NCBI GenBank assembly: GCA_964650255.1
Contig: CAZYQT010000005.1
Span: 2,006-66,005 of the forward strand
From: an uncultured Candidatus Saccharibacteria bacterium
GTDB taxonomy: Bacteria; Patescibacteriota; Doudnabacteria; UBA920
DNA: 64,000 nt
Reading direction: 5' to 3'
Part shown: positions 1 to 9,620 of the stretch, one piece after another
Numbering within the stretch: the first letter of the stretch is position 1
How the letters are laid out: each line of letters starts with the position of its first letter
Notes under the pieces: generated by a model
Told to the model about the DNA's origin: nothing
What the model saw: the letters and a program-made list of their open reading frames with translations, nothing else
Databases searched by the model: none
Made by a program: the position numbers and the translations under genes

Positions 1-2005
1 CTAAGGCTTTCACAGTAATGAACTGAGGATAGTTAAACATAAAACCACTTTGCTGTTTCCCAAATAAATCTCCAAAACCTCGTTCTTTTAAGTCCAGTTC
101 TGCTAAGGCGAATCCATCAGTCGTTTTGGTTAAAGCTGTTAAGCGCCTGGTATCTTGCTGGCTAGCCTCAGTGGTAAAAAGAAAACAGTAGCAATCGTAT
201 TTGTTGCGTCCAATGCGTCCCCGTAGTTGGTGTAGTTGTGCCAAGCCAAATCTTTCCGCCCCTTCAATAATCATAGTGGTGGCATTGGGAATGTCGATGC
301 CAATTTCAATTACCGAGGTGCTGACCAAAATGTCGAGCTTGCCGGCGGCAAATTCAGCCATAACTTTGTCTTTATCTGCGCCTTTCATTTTTCCGTATAG
401 CAGGCCCAGCTTAAGTTTTGGGAATACCTCAGTTTGTAATCTCGTAAATTCTTTTTTAACGGACCGGACTTCGCTTGCCCCACTGCTTGTGCCAAGTTCA
501 GACTCTTCGACTCGTGGGGTAACCACGAATGCTTGCCTACCCGAGGCAATTTCTTGTCGGACCAATTCGTAAGCTTGTCCCCGGTTTTCCTCCGATACTA
601 TTTTAGTAATAACAGGCTTGCGACCGCTAGGCACTTGTGTCAATGTTGATACCTCTAAGTCCGCGTATAAAGACATGGCCAATGTTCGAGGGATCGGTGT
701 TGCCGACATCGACAATAAGTGGGGAACAGTAGCCTGACGTTTAGCGTTGTCCGCATTTAAATTTGTTGACAACAAAAAGCCGCGCTGTCCCACGCCGAAA
801 CGGTGCTGCTCATCAATTATTACCAGTGCTAAATTATTAAATTTGATTTTTTCTTGAAGCAAGGCATGGGTGCCGATACAAATTTTCACAACCCCAGATA
901 ACAAGCCATTAATAATGGTCTTTTTGTCTTTAGTTTTGTCGCTCTCTGCAAATGTTCTGGTTAGCAAAGCCAGGCCATCACCTGATCCGAGAATTTGACC
1001 GAAAGTGTCGAAATGCTGTTTGGCTAAGATTTCGGTTGGGGCTAATAAAACAGTCTGATACCCAGCTCCCGCGGTTTGTAGCGCAGCCAAAAGGGCTACG
1101 ATAGTTTTGCCACTACCTACATCGCCTTGCAGTAAGCGATTCATTGGCTGGTCAGATTCTAGATCTTGAAAAATTTCCCAAGCTGCTCTCTTTTGGGAAG
1201 CGGTTAGGGTGAATGGCAAGGTGTTTAAAAAGGTTTTAACCTGATCAACTTTAACTTTAATATGATAGCTGTCTCTGTTGGCCGAATTTTGTTTTAGAAT
1301 TTGTACTGCTAATTGCTGAGGTAAGACATCGTCTACAGCAACACGGAACCGAGCTTGAGTTAACAGTTCATCATTTTCTGGAAAATGTAACTGCTCAATA
1401 GCCTCAGCTATTGGCATTAATTCCTTATTTTTTGAAAGCAGATTTTTAGGGACAAAATCCTCCAGTTCATTAGTAGCCTGCAAGCAGATTTTTACAAGTT
1501 TACGCACCGTGCGCAAAGGGATAACTTCGCTGCGCCTATAAATTGGCACAAGGCGACCAGTGTGAAGACCTGCCATTTGCGAGTCATCAGTTTGGGTGTT
1601 GTCGGAAATTTTTTCGTAAGCTGGGTTTGTAAACTGCAGATGTTTGTAGCGAGTTACCTTGCCTGACAGTATTAACTCATCCCCAGTTTTAAGTTGATTG
1701 GCAATATAGGTTTGATTAAACCACACTGCGCGGATAATCCCTGTGCCGTCTTCTAAAGTGACTTCGCAGTAAGACATGCGACCGCGAAACCCAAAATTAG
1801 CTTTTACAGATTTAATGCGGCCCATGACGGTAATCACGTCATTCTCCTCGGCCTGGCCAATGCTAACTGTTTTGCGGTAGTCCATGTACCGAGTTGGGAA
1901 AAAATATAGTAGGTCCGCAATAGTTTTTACTCCCACAGACGAAAAAGCCGCAGCTAGTTTAGCTCCGACAAGTGGCAGAGTTTGAATTGAATCAGTTAGC
2001 TTCAT
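1..2005 (-). CDS. recG: ATP-dependent DNA helicase RecG. The 3' end is cut by the window edge (no stop in window, so absent from the ORF track).
   Basis: Manual translation of the minus strand gives MKLTDSIQTLPLVGAKLAAAF... with Walker A QGDVGSGKTIVALLA, DEAD-like IIDEQHRFGV and helicase-C HQLRGRIGR motifs. The frame stays open to position 1. An alternative in-frame ATG at 2021-2023 overlaps the tRNA. Confidence 0.85.
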   Translation of the reverse strand, partial: MKLTDSIQTLPLVGAKLAAAFSSVGVKTIADLLYFFPTRYMDYRKTVSIGQAEENDVITVMGRIKSVKANFGFRGRMSYCEVTLEDGTGIIRAVWFNQTYIANQLKTGDELILSGKVTRYKHLQFTNPAYEKISDNTQTDDSQMAGLHTGRLVPIYRRSEVIPLRTVRKLVKICLQATNELEDFVPKNLLSKNKELMPIAEAIEQLHFPENDELLTQARFRVAVDDVLPQQLAVQILKQNSANRDSYHIKVKVDQVKTFLNTLPFTLTASQKRAAWEIFQDLESDQPMNRLLQGDVGSGKTIVALLAALQTAGAGYQTVLLAPTEILAKQHFDTFGQILGSGDGLALLTRTFAESDKTKDKKTIINGLLSGVVKICIGTHALLQEKIKFNNLALVIIDEQHRFGVGQRGFLLSTNLNADNAKRQATVPHLLSMSATPIPRTLAMSLYADLEVSTLTQVPSGRKPVITKIVSEENRGQAYELVRQEIASGRQAFVVTPRVEESELGTSSGASEVRSVKKEFTRLQTEVFPKLKLGLLYGKMKGADKDKVMAEFAAGKLDILVSTSVIEIGIDIPNATTMIIEGAERFGLAQLHQLRGRIGRNKYDCYCFLFTTEASQQDTRRLTALTKTTDGFALAELDLKERGFGDLFGKQQSGFMFNYPQFITVKAL

Positions 2006-2022
2006 AGTATTCCAATACTGCA

Positions 2023-2099
2023 TGGTGCTCCCGGCAGGGATCGAACCTGCGGCCTTTCCCTCCGGAGGGGAACGCTCTAATCCACTGAGCTACGGAAGC
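2023..2099 (-). tRNA. tRNA-Arg, anticodon CCG
   Basis: The reverse complement folds as a cloverleaf: acceptor GCTTCCG/CGGGAGC, T-loop GGTTCGATCC, anticodon loop CTCCGGA, 3' CCA encoded. Confidence 0.85.
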
Positions 2100-2572
2100 T
2101 AAAACTTAATTCGGTGGGCAATGCGCTGGTGAATTAATTCGTGCTTTTCTGGATTTTCCGGCAGTAGCTCGCTTAAAATTTCTTGCACTTCATCGGCATC
2201 TTGTTCATGAAGTTCGATAGCTAAAAGATGGTTTAGGTAAGCAGTGGTTTCAATATTTAAAGTTTTATGATTATCGTTATCGACAATCCAAAATTGTTTT
2301 ATACGCGAGTAGGGGATATGGCTATCATCAACATGCAGACCGTGAGTACTAATAACTACGTTAACAGTTTTGGGTTTGTGTAATGCAAACAAGGCAAAGA
2401 AAATTGATATAATAACCATAGTTACCGCGCCAAACCAATCTTTCATAAACAGCTCAAAGGCAATCACTAACGCAGCTATTACTCCAAAAGTAATATACCA
2501 CGCAGCGTTTTTAGGGTAGTGACGGAATTCCGGTGCTTCCCATTCAATTATTGGTTCTGGTAGCTTTGCCAT
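2099..2572 (-). CDS. Hypothetical small membrane protein (157 aa) between two tRNA genes
   Basis: Track ORF with two hydrophobic helices near the N-terminus. Its stop codon overlaps the tRNA-Arg 5' end. I recognise no family. Confidence 0.4.
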   Translation of the reverse strand: MAKLPEPIIEWEAPEFRHYPKNAAWYITFGVIAALVIAFELFMKDWFGAVTMVIISIFFALFALHKPKTVNVVISTHGLHVDDSHIPYSRIKQFWIVDNDNHKTLNIETTAYLNHLLAIELHEQDADEVQEILSELLPENPEKHELIHQRIAHRIKF

Positions 2573-2592
2573 TTTGTTTTATTGATATTCTC

Positions 2593-2681
<89 letters not shown>

Positions 2682-2742
2682 CTAAGTTTAGGGCAGATTT
2701 ATTATACCATCATTGCCCTGGTAATAGAAGGGAAATAAAAGC

Positions 2743-2782
2743 AAACAAAAACAGGCCTCGCTCTAGACTTTGGCCTGTTTTT
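2743..2782. terminator. Bidirectional Rho-independent terminator
   Basis: Stem AACAGGCC/GGCCTGTT with a 13-nt loop, flanked by an A-run upstream and a T-run downstream. It lies downstream of the minus-strand anti-sigma gene. Confidence 0.5.
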
Positions 2783-2878
2783 AAGTAATTTCTGTTTCCT
2801 GTAGTACTCTCGTTTCAGGGCAGGGAACTACAATTTTTTGTAATCCTTTGCCCAGAAACGATTTACAGGACAGATAAA

Positions 2879-4006
2879 TTACTTTTGATTGTACTGTGGA
2901 GCGCTTGGCTCTACAATGAATGATCCTGTTGCTTGATTCGGGTCTGTAACTGGTTCAATTGTGGTATCTGGCTGAACTGCTGGTTCCTTTGGCTTAACAA
3001 CTGGCTTAGTAGTTGTAGTGGCGCCTTTTACTTCACCTGTATCTGCAGGGAGAAGAGAGATTTGCTTAGCTACCAGAACACCATTTTCAGTTTTAATTCC
3101 TGTAATTGATGCGCGTCCTACTGGCATCTTTATAGTGCTGGCATCAACTGTTTCGCCAGTGCTTGCAGTAATTACAGTTTGTTCATCCATTGCAAAGGTA
3201 TTATTTTCTACAGTAATGTAGTTCTTGTAAAAGTAAGTAATATTACCCGTAACCGATACTTTGTTCGGTGCATCGATTAAGACTTGATCGTTAACAGTGG
3301 CAACGATTTTCGCCAGCGCTTGATCTGTCTTAATGTTTTCATTTAGAGCAGTGCTAGCAGCTGGATCGCCCAGTTCTGTTAAGACATCTTTTTGCTGTTT
3401 GTTTACAGCTACCAAAGTGTCTAGTAATGTGGAGTCTTGTTTGGAGATGGCGTTAGCAGTAGCTATTGGTCCAGCCTGGGCAAAGGTTTTTGCACTCTGA
3501 GATTGCAGTGCCGCTATAGCGGCTGTTTCTGCTTCGGCATTACCACTTTGTGCAGCTTGGCGAACTTCATTAAGACGTTTTTGCATTAGCTCAACGTGGA
3601 TAACAGCAATTTTTTCTTGGTCACGAGTAAAGGTTAAGCGAGCTTCTTCTGTGGCTCGTTTCAATGAGTAAAGCGTGTCGCCGGGTAAACTTGATGAAGT
3701 TTGATTCGCCAAAACATTTCCACCGATCAGTACTACAACCAGGGCAATGGGAATAGCTGCAATACGGTAGTAAGCAACGGCACTCCAGAACCATCCTTTA
3801 GTGACTGCTTCTGAATATAGGTGGCGCTTGTATGGAGCGGGGACATCCAATTTAGGAATATTTAACCCAATTTTAGAAATGGCTAAAAGGCCACTAAGCT
3901 CTTCTTTGTGGTCAGGGTAATCAGCTAGGATTGCGTGTTGGCTTTCGCCATTTTGCAATCTTGTGATCGCTGTATCTAGTATTTCATTTATGGAGTGGTG
4001 GGACAT
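2879..4006 (-). CDS. Putative anti-sigma factor: cytoplasmic N-domain, one TM helix, extracytoplasmic coiled-coil domain
   Basis: Lies 1 nt downstream of the ECF sigma gene in the same orientation. Has a single TM (IAAIPIALVVVLIGG) after a ~75 aa N-terminal region and a Ser/Thr-rich C-terminus. Confidence 0.5.
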   Translation of the reverse strand: MSHHSINEILDTAITRLQNGESQHAILADYPDHKEELSGLLAISKIGLNIPKLDVPAPYKRHLYSEAVTKGWFWSAVAYYRIAAIPIALVVVLIGGNVLANQTSSSLPGDTLYSLKRATEEARLTFTRDQEKIAVIHVELMQKRLNEVRQAAQSGNAEAETAAIAALQSQSAKTFAQAGPIATANAISKQDSTLLDTLVAVNKQQKDVLTELGDPAASTALNENIKTDQALAKIVATVNDQVLIDAPNKVSVTGNITYFYKNYITVENNTFAMDEQTVITASTGETVDASTIKMPVGRASITGIKTENGVLVAKQISLLPADTGEVKGATTTTKPVVKPKEPAVQPDTTIEPVTDPNQATGSFIVEPSAPQYNQK

Positions 4007-4007
4007 T

Positions 4008-4592
4008 TTAGTCTTTAGAAATGTTATCTATGAGTTCTTTAAGTTTATTAATGGCGCGGTGTTGAATAACTCTGATGGCGCCTTCAGTCTTTTCCATAAT
4101 TTCGGCAATCGCAGCGTTATCTATATCTTCCAAAAATTTTAGTTTGATAACTTGCTGCTGTTCTGCTGTTAGCTCTTTAAGTAATTTGATGAACAAAGTT
4201 TGTTCGGTTTTCAAATTGACCAGATCAACAATATTGGTTTCGTACTCCAAAGTGTTTTCGATTTCTTCCAGCGGAACAATTTGTCGTTTGCTTCGGTAGT
4301 AATCGATTACCCGGTTGCGAGCAATTTGGAATAACCAACCTTCGAATGCTGCTGGTTGCTCAAGCTTGCGAAGATTCTTAAAAATCTTCACAAACACTTC
4401 TTCGGTTAAGTCCTCGGCTGTTTCTTTATGGCTTACGCGATAGAAGATAAACCGATAGACTCGCTCAAAGTAATGGTTATAAATAGAGCTTAACGCAGCA
4501 TCTGCTCCAGCTTGGGCTTGCCGCAAAATTGGGGCCAGTTTTTCTGGAGGCATTTGCGCATTATTTAAGTTGGAATGAGCATGGTCATTCAT
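4008..4592 (-). CDS. ECF-type RNA polymerase sigma factor (sigma-70 family, regions 2 and 4)
   Basis: Region 2 (YNHYFERVYRFIFYRVSHKETAEDLTEEVFVKIF...WLFQIARNRVIDYYR) and region 4 HTH (LTAEQQQVIKLKFLEDIDNAAIAEIMEKTEGAIRVIQHRAINKL). An extended -10 TGcTACAAT sits on the minus strand at 4680-4688. Confidence 0.85.
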   Translation of the reverse strand: MNDHAHSNLNNAQMPPEKLAPILRQAQAGADAALSSIYNHYFERVYRFIFYRVSHKETAEDLTEEVFVKIFKNLRKLEQPAAFEGWLFQIARNRVIDYYRSKRQIVPLEEIENTLEYETNIVDLVNLKTEQTLFIKLLKELTAEQQQVIKLKFLEDIDNAAIAEIMEKTEGAIRVIQHRAINKLKELIDNISKD

Positions 4593-4690
4593 AGAGACGC
4601 TCCAAAAAGGGGTTTGTTACAGGTAAAATTTAGTTTCTAAATCTAAAATCAGACCTTTAAAATGGCCTAAAGTGTCTTTATTGTAGCATA

Positions 4691-4711
4691 CAAAAAAGCC
4701 CATAAGGGCTT
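4691..4711 (-). terminator. Rho-independent terminator downstream of tRNA-Ser(GCT)
   Basis: Minus-strand hairpin AAGCCC-ttat-GGGCTT followed by TTTTTTG. Confidence 0.6.
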
Positions 4712-4718
4712 ACTTCTC

Positions 4719-4812
<94 letters not shown>

Positions 4813-4882
4813 ATAAGCTAATATTGATGCGGCCCACGGTCTGTCGCCGGGTCGCTATAACTCATGTATTTTAGCGAAAAAC

Positions 4883-5614
4883 TTAGTCTTTGGCAATGCT
4901 GATGCACCAGACTTGTTCTGCGCCAGCTTGTTTGAGCACGCGCGTGGCTTCGAGGAAGGTTTGGCCAGTAGTAGATACATCGTCTACTAATATAACTTTT
5001 CTTGGAAAATTCGGAATCTGATTAGCTTTAAATGCATTAGCTAAATTAGTTTGACGCGATTTGGCGTCTAAGTTCTTTTGGGTTTGAGTGTTTTTACTTC
5101 GTTGAAGTAGAGGATAGTAAGGCAAGTTTAATCCTTGCGCCATTACTTTGGCTGCAATTTCGGATTGATTAAACCCTCGCCATCTTAAGCGGCGTGCATG
5201 TAAAGGAATAGCGCAAACCACAAAATCTTTTAACGCAGAATATTCTTCTGGTTTGGACTCTCGTTTGTATATAGCATCAAAAAAGATATGCTCTGAGGCC
5301 AGTGCTCCCAGCACTGCAAAAACTTCCGGAACGAAGTAATATTTTCCAGTAATTATCATGTCAGCCACAGTTTTGTTTTGATAGGCAAAAGCGCTAAGTA
5401 GGCGATCAGGGGAGAATTCGGTTTTACAAGGAGTATGCGTGAATCCTTGCGGACTGGCGGAATTGCAAACAACACAAAAGTTGCGAACCAAACTAGGAAT
5501 TTGGTTCATGCAAAACTTGCACAAATAACCGCCTGATCTTTGACAACCAAAGCAGTATTTGGGATAGAAAACATCCGCTAAAATATTGAGGCCAAATGAA
5601 AGTAATCCTGGCAT
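4883..5614 (-). CDS. comFC: ComF family protein (double zinc-ribbon plus phosphoribosyltransferase domain)
   Basis: N-terminal CxxC...CxxC pairs (CFGCQRSGGYLCKFC, CVVCN...C) and the C-terminal PRTase motif ILVDDVSTTGQTFLEA. Confidence 0.75.
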   Translation of the reverse strand: MPGLLSFGLNILADVFYPKYCFGCQRSGGYLCKFCMNQIPSLVRNFCVVCNSASPQGFTHTPCKTEFSPDRLLSAFAYQNKTVADMIITGKYYFVPEVFAVLGALASEHIFFDAIYKRESKPEEYSALKDFVVCAIPLHARRLRWRGFNQSEIAAKVMAQGLNLPYYPLLQRSKNTQTQKNLDAKSRQTNLANAFKANQIPNFPRKVILVDDVSTTGQTFLEATRVLKQAGAEQVWCISIAKD

Positions 5615-5701
5615 GCAATCATTGTAAACCAGGCTACCTCAATTCTACGTAAAGTTTTGATAAAGTTTTGCGAACAAAAAACACTAGCGTCGCCAATGTT
5701 T

Positions 5702-6319
5702 TTAATAGAAATACCATTTGCTAACCTCAGGAGATGTACCTAGAATCATTTTTATATTTTTATCAGGATGAGCAACCATATGTGCAGTAACTCTTGTATG
5801 TCCTTCAACAAGAATAATATTTTTATCTATCGCTTGTATTCCTATAATCTCAGGATAAGATTTGCCTTTTTTCATGTCCGTCACAATTTCGTTGACATGG
5901 TTGTTAAAATTATCTCCGTCATCACTAATGACATCTATGATATCTAGATTTTTTACCCCATCTATTACAAGCCGCGTCCCTTGAGTTATTGTTAGGAATT
6001 TATCGTAAACCATATATTTTAGAATACCGAACTCTCTGGGTTCTATCTCGATATGTTCGTAAACTATGTCTTTAGGCCAGCCTTGGAATAAACCTGTTTT
6101 ATCTCCATAGCCTCGAAAATTAAGTAAAGAGGCTCGTATGGAGTTGTGTAGTTCATTATTTAAGTCAGGAGTGTCAATTAATGATCCTCTATCAAAGCCG
6201 TGTATCGCTAATTTTGATATAGGGTTTTCTATGTAGTTTTTAAAACGAGGTGAGTCAATCTCAGCTTGTAAAAAAGCTAGTATTATTTCATTCTCGTTCG
6301 ATGGTCCAATTTTGAGCAT
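5702..6319 (-). CDS. Hypothetical protein (205 aa) in an AT-rich orphan gene
   Basis: Clean track ORF with no recognised motifs and visibly lower GC than its neighbours. A strong terminator lies immediately upstream (after clpC). Confidence 0.5.
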   Translation of the reverse strand: MLKIGPSNENEIILAFLQAEIDSPRFKNYIENPISKLAIHGFDRGSLIDTPDLNNELHNSIRASLLNFRGYGDKTGLFQGWPKDIVYEHIEIEPREFGILKYMVYDKFLTITQGTRLVIDGVKNLDIIDVISDDGDNFNNHVNEIVTDMKKGKSYPEIIGIQAIDKNIILVEGHTRVTAHMVAHPDKNIKMILGTSPEVSKWYFY

Positions 6320-6330
6320 GATATCAATAT

Positions 6331-6360
6331 AACAAAAAACACCTCGGATTACGAGGTGTT
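6331..6360 (-). terminator. Rho-independent terminator after clpC
   Basis: Minus-strand hairpin AACACCTCG-taatc-CGAGGTGTT followed by TTTTTTGTT. Confidence 0.65.
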
Positions 6361-6372
6361 TTTATATGATGC

Positions 6373-8934
6373 TTAAACCGGTACAGCCACAGGAGCTTTT
6401 TGGATTTCGAATATTACTTCATCATTTTTTACGTCTGCGGCAATAGTAGTACCGGAAGAAATGTTTTGTGAAATAATTTTCTCGGCCAATGGATCGCTAA
6501 TTAAATCTTGGATGTTTTTGCGAATGTAGCGCGCGCCTTGCAAAGGGTCAAAACTTTTTTCAGAAATATACTTGATTAGCGCAGGAGTAACTTTCAGGGT
6601 GACTTGTTGCATAGCAAGACGCCGTTGAACATCACCAAATTGAATAGTGGTGATCTTGCGTAATTGCTGCATGCCTAGTGGGCGGAAGATTAACACTTTG
6701 TCGATGCGGTTCAAGAATTCTGGGCGCAAATCTTGCTTTAGTTTTTCTAACAGGCCAAGTTTAATCCGATCGTATTCTTTTTCAAGTTTAACTTTTTGGT
6801 CTTCTTCCATTTCGCGGTCCGCAAAACCAATCTTCTTAGCCTGGGCATTCAGTTCCTGCATACCTAAGTTAGATGTCATAATGATAACAGTGTTGGCAAA
6901 ATTAACCCGTTTGCCCTGAGCGTCAGTTAATTGACCATCTTCCAAAATTTGCAGCAAGATGTTGAATACCTCTGGATTAGCTTTTTCGATTTCATCAAAC
7001 AAAACCACAGAGTAAGGCTTGCGTCGCACAGCTTCGGTTAAGCGGCCGCCTTCTTCGTAACCAACGTAACCTGCTGGCGCGCCAACTAAGCGCGACACGT
7101 TGTGGCGTTCCATGAACTCAGACATATCGATGCGGATTAACGCATCAGGATCTTCAAATACTTCCTGGGCAATCATTTTCGCGGTTTCTGTTTTTCCCAC
7201 TCCTGTAGGCCCCAGGAACATAAATGAGCCAATCGGGCGCTGTGGATCTGCAAGACCTGCGCGTGAGCGGCGAATGGTTTTGGCAATTTCATTAACTGCT
7301 TCATCTTGCCCAACAATTCGGGTTTTTAATATCTTTTCTAAATTAGCGAGTTTGCCAATTTCAGTTTGCGCTAATTTCTTCAACGGAATTTTAGTCATCA
7401 TGGAAACAGTGGCCGCAATGTCTTCGCCAGTAATAGAGTAAACCGGATCAGTTTCGGACTTTTCTTGGGTTTCTAAAATTTTCTTCTGATGCAATAGTTT
7501 TTCTTCCTGACTACGCAAATGCAAGGCAGTTGTAAAGTCTTGCGACAACACTGCTTTAGTTTTTTCTTCTTCCAAAGCAACAAGCTCGTTCTCAACTTTT
7601 TTACGGTTCTTCGCAGTTTTGGAGTTGCTGTGAATGCTGCGCAAAGCAGAAGCAGTTTCATCAATTAAGTCCACTGCTTTGTCTGGCAAGAAATGATCTT
7701 GAATATAACGGTCGGAAAGTTCCACTGCCGCGTTTATAGCTTCGTCAGTAATGGTAATTCGGTGATGCTTTTCGTAATTAGGGCGTAGGCCTTTCAAAAT
7801 CGCAATCGATTCTTCTTTGCTTGGCTCTTCTACTAATATAGATTGGAAGCGGCGTTCAAGTGCAGCATCGTGCTCAATATACTTCTTGTATTCCGATAGG
7901 GTAGTGGCACCAATGGTTCGGATTTCGCCGCGAGCTAAAGCAGGCTTCAAAATATTGGCAGCATCAAGACTGCCTGTAGAAGCGCCAGCGCCAATCATAG
8001 TGTGAAGCTCGTCTATAAATAGAATAACGTTTTCATCGGCTTTAACTTCATCAATAATTTGTTTTAAACGATTTTCAAATTCACCGCGGAACATTGAGCC
8101 GGCCACAACTAGAGCAAGGTCTAAAGAGAGAATGCGCTTGTCGAGCAAAATATCTGGCACTTCGCGGTTGGCAATAGCCAAAGCTAAACCTTCCACAATG
8201 GCGGTTTTACCAACACCAGCTTCACCAATTAACACTGGATTGTTTTTGGTGCGGCGACCAAGAATAGAAGTGAGGCGTTCAATTTCTTTTTTGCGACCAA
8301 TCACAGGATCGATTGAACCCATGGCTGCTTTTTTAGTTAGGTCCGTTGTGTAATACTCTAAGACACTTCCTTTGCGACCATCTTGTGGTCCACCAGGTTG
8401 ACCGTGCGCATGGGGATGCTCGCCAGCAGGACCAGCTGCTCCACCAGGCATACCTTGTTCAGCCGGCATGTCTGGAAATTTAGAAATATTTTCAAATACA
8501 GCAACCAGGTTATGTTCTAGCTCACCAATATCAATTCCAAGCTTGGACATAATTACCTTAGCTCGGTTTGGTTGAGTGGTTAGTAACCCATACAAAAAGT
8601 GTTCGGTGCCAATAAATTGATACCCATACTGACTGGCGACAATTGCTGAGCGCTCAATAGCTTGTTTGAGATGTTCTGAAAGTACTGGTTTCCAGGAGTC
8701 AGTTTCGTGATTCTTGTTGACCAGTACCAACTCGGCTTTAATAATTTCTGGCGTAATTTTCGCTTTTATTAAAATTTCCGCAGCAAAAGAGCTCTTTTCC
8801 GCCACTATGCCGAAAAGAAGGTGCTCTGTACCAATATGATCATGACGCAGCTCTTCCGAGGCCATTTGCGCTGCAATAAGCGCATTTTTAGCTCTACTGG
8901 AAAGGCGTTCTAATATAAATGAGAAATTATCCAT
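6373..8934 (-). CDS. clpC: ATP-dependent Clp protease ATP-binding subunit ClpC (two Clp_N repeats, two AAA+ modules, short M-domain)
   Basis: Walker A GEAGVGKT and GPTGVGKT, Walker B ILFIDELH and [10 protein letters not shown], and a ~70 aa middle domain (ClpC-like, not ClpB). I place the start at MDNFSF (8934) because CIRCE and the promoter overlap the 33-nt extension in the track. Confidence 0.85.
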   Translation of the reverse strand: MDNFSFILERLSSRAKNALIAAQMASEELRHDHIGTEHLLFGIVAEKSSFAAEILIKAKITPEIIKAELVLVNKNHETDSWKPVLSEHLKQAIERSAIVASQYGYQFIGTEHFLYGLLTTQPNRAKVIMSKLGIDIGELEHNLVAVFENISKFPDMPAEQGMPGGAAGPAGEHPHAHGQPGGPQDGRKGSVLEYYTTDLTKKAAMGSIDPVIGRKKEIERLTSILGRRTKNNPVLIGEAGVGKTAIVEGLALAIANREVPDILLDKRILSLDLALVVAGSMFRGEFENRLKQIIDEVKADENVILFIDELHTMIGAGASTGSLDAANILKPALARGEIRTIGATTLSEYKKYIEHDAALERRFQSILVEEPSKEESIAILKGLRPNYEKHHRITITDEAINAAVELSDRYIQDHFLPDKAVDLIDETASALRSIHSNSKTAKNRKKVENELVALEEEKTKAVLSQDFTTALHLRSQEEKLLHQKKILETQEKSETDPVYSITGEDIAATVSMMTKIPLKKLAQTEIGKLANLEKILKTRIVGQDEAVNEIAKTIRRSRAGLADPQRPIGSFMFLGPTGVGKTETAKMIAQEVFEDPDALIRIDMSEFMERHNVSRLVGAPAGYVGYEEGGRLTEAVRRKPYSVVLFDEIEKANPEVFNILLQILEDGQLTDAQGKRVNFANTVIIMTSNLGMQELNAQAKKIGFADREMEEDQKVKLEKEYDRIKLGLLEKLKQDLRPEFLNRIDKVLIFRPLGMQQLRKITTIQFGDVQRRLAMQQVTLKVTPALIKYISEKSFDPLQGARYIRKNIQDLISDPLAEKIISQNISSGTTIAADVKNDEVIFEIQKAPVAVPV

Positions 8935-8960
8935 AAAGATTTGATATTTTGAGAGATTAA

Positions 8961-8987
8961 TTAGCACTCTCTTGCCGAGACTGCTAA
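8961..8987. promoter_or_regulatory. CIRCE-like inverted repeat (HrcA operator) upstream of clpC
   Basis: TTAGCACTC-N9-GACTGCTAA matches TTAGCACTC-N9-GAGTGCTAA with one mismatch. It sits between the candidate promoter and the clpC start. Confidence 0.55.
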
Positions 8988-8991
8988 TTCG

Positions 8992-9021
8992 AGTGTATCA
9001 GTGAGCGCGGGGTTATGTCAA
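8992..9021 (-). promoter_or_regulatory. Candidate sigma-70 promoter for clpC
   Basis: On the minus strand: TTGACA, an 18-nt spacer, then TACACT, immediately upstream of CIRCE. Confidence 0.4.
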
Positions 9022-9131
9022 GAATCTTTATCTCATCTTTAGCATAACACGCTATAATAAAATTGATATAAAGAAATAGTGCATAACTCCTTCAATTTTT
9101 AATACAATATTTTCTATATTTTATTACGTAG

Positions 9132-9620
9132 ATGTTCAAAAAAAGTAAACCTTTAAAAAAACCTGATGATGCTGACCACGGCTATGAATACGCATTGTTT
9201 TTGTTGAACCTGAGCATGCGAACTGAATTTGAGATGCGCGAAAAAATGGCACGCCGTGGTTACTTTCCAAAAATTATTGACGAAGTGGTGCAGCGCTTGT
9301 TCGACGATCGCTACTTAAACGACGACCATTATGCCGAAGTATTTATCGATAGCTTAAAGCGCTATAAGTACTATGGCAGATTCATGATGAAAAAAAAGTT
9401 ATACGAAAAAAAATTGCCCAAAGAGGTTATTGAGGACAAGCTACATGAACTTGTTACTGAAGATGATGAACTAGATATTGCCCAGCGCTATGTAGAAAAA
9501 AACTTTGGCCCGTTAAAAGAAATCAAAAAATTTGATTACGATCAAAAGCAGAAAGTTATGCGCAGACTAATGGCGCGTGGCTTTGGCTTGGATTTAGTGA
9601 AAAGCTTGCTCGGGGTTTAA
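9132..9620 (+). CDS. recX: Regulatory protein RecX
   Basis: RecX-type three-helical-repeat pattern (YALFLLNLSMRTEFEMREKMARRGY...VVQRLFDDRYLNDDHYAEVFI...VMRRLMARGF). Confidence 0.8.
   Translation: MFKKSKPLKKPDDADHGYEYALFLLNLSMRTEFEMREKMARRGYFPKIIDEVVQRLFDDRYLNDDHYAEVFIDSLKRYKYYGRFMMKKKLYEKKLPKEVIEDKLHELVTEDDELDIAQRYVEKNFGPLKEIKKFDYDQKQKVMRRLMARGFGLDLVKSLLGV

Noticed and set aside
201-572. Plus-strand 123 aa ORF (and no other plus-strand gene) across 1-2000
   Set aside because: It lies antisense inside the recG coding frame, which stays open on the minus strand for 668 codons with clear helicase motifs. The ORF has low-complexity Ser/Pro/Cys-rich composition typical of antisense noise.
4593-4680. 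ECF-type autoregulatory promoter (GGAAC-N16-CGTC) upstream of the first sigma gene
   Set aside because: The only candidates (TGTAAC...CGTCTCT) have wrong spacing and would place the -10 on the start codon. A housekeeping-type extended -10 explains expression more simply.
6647-8353. Several 60-113 aa plus-strand ORFs inside clpC, and similar antisense ORFs inside gatA, mrdA, lysS, serS and the GT genes
   Set aside because: They are antisense to long genes with recognisable motifs, with no RBS or promoter and biased composition. I treat them as shadow ORFs.
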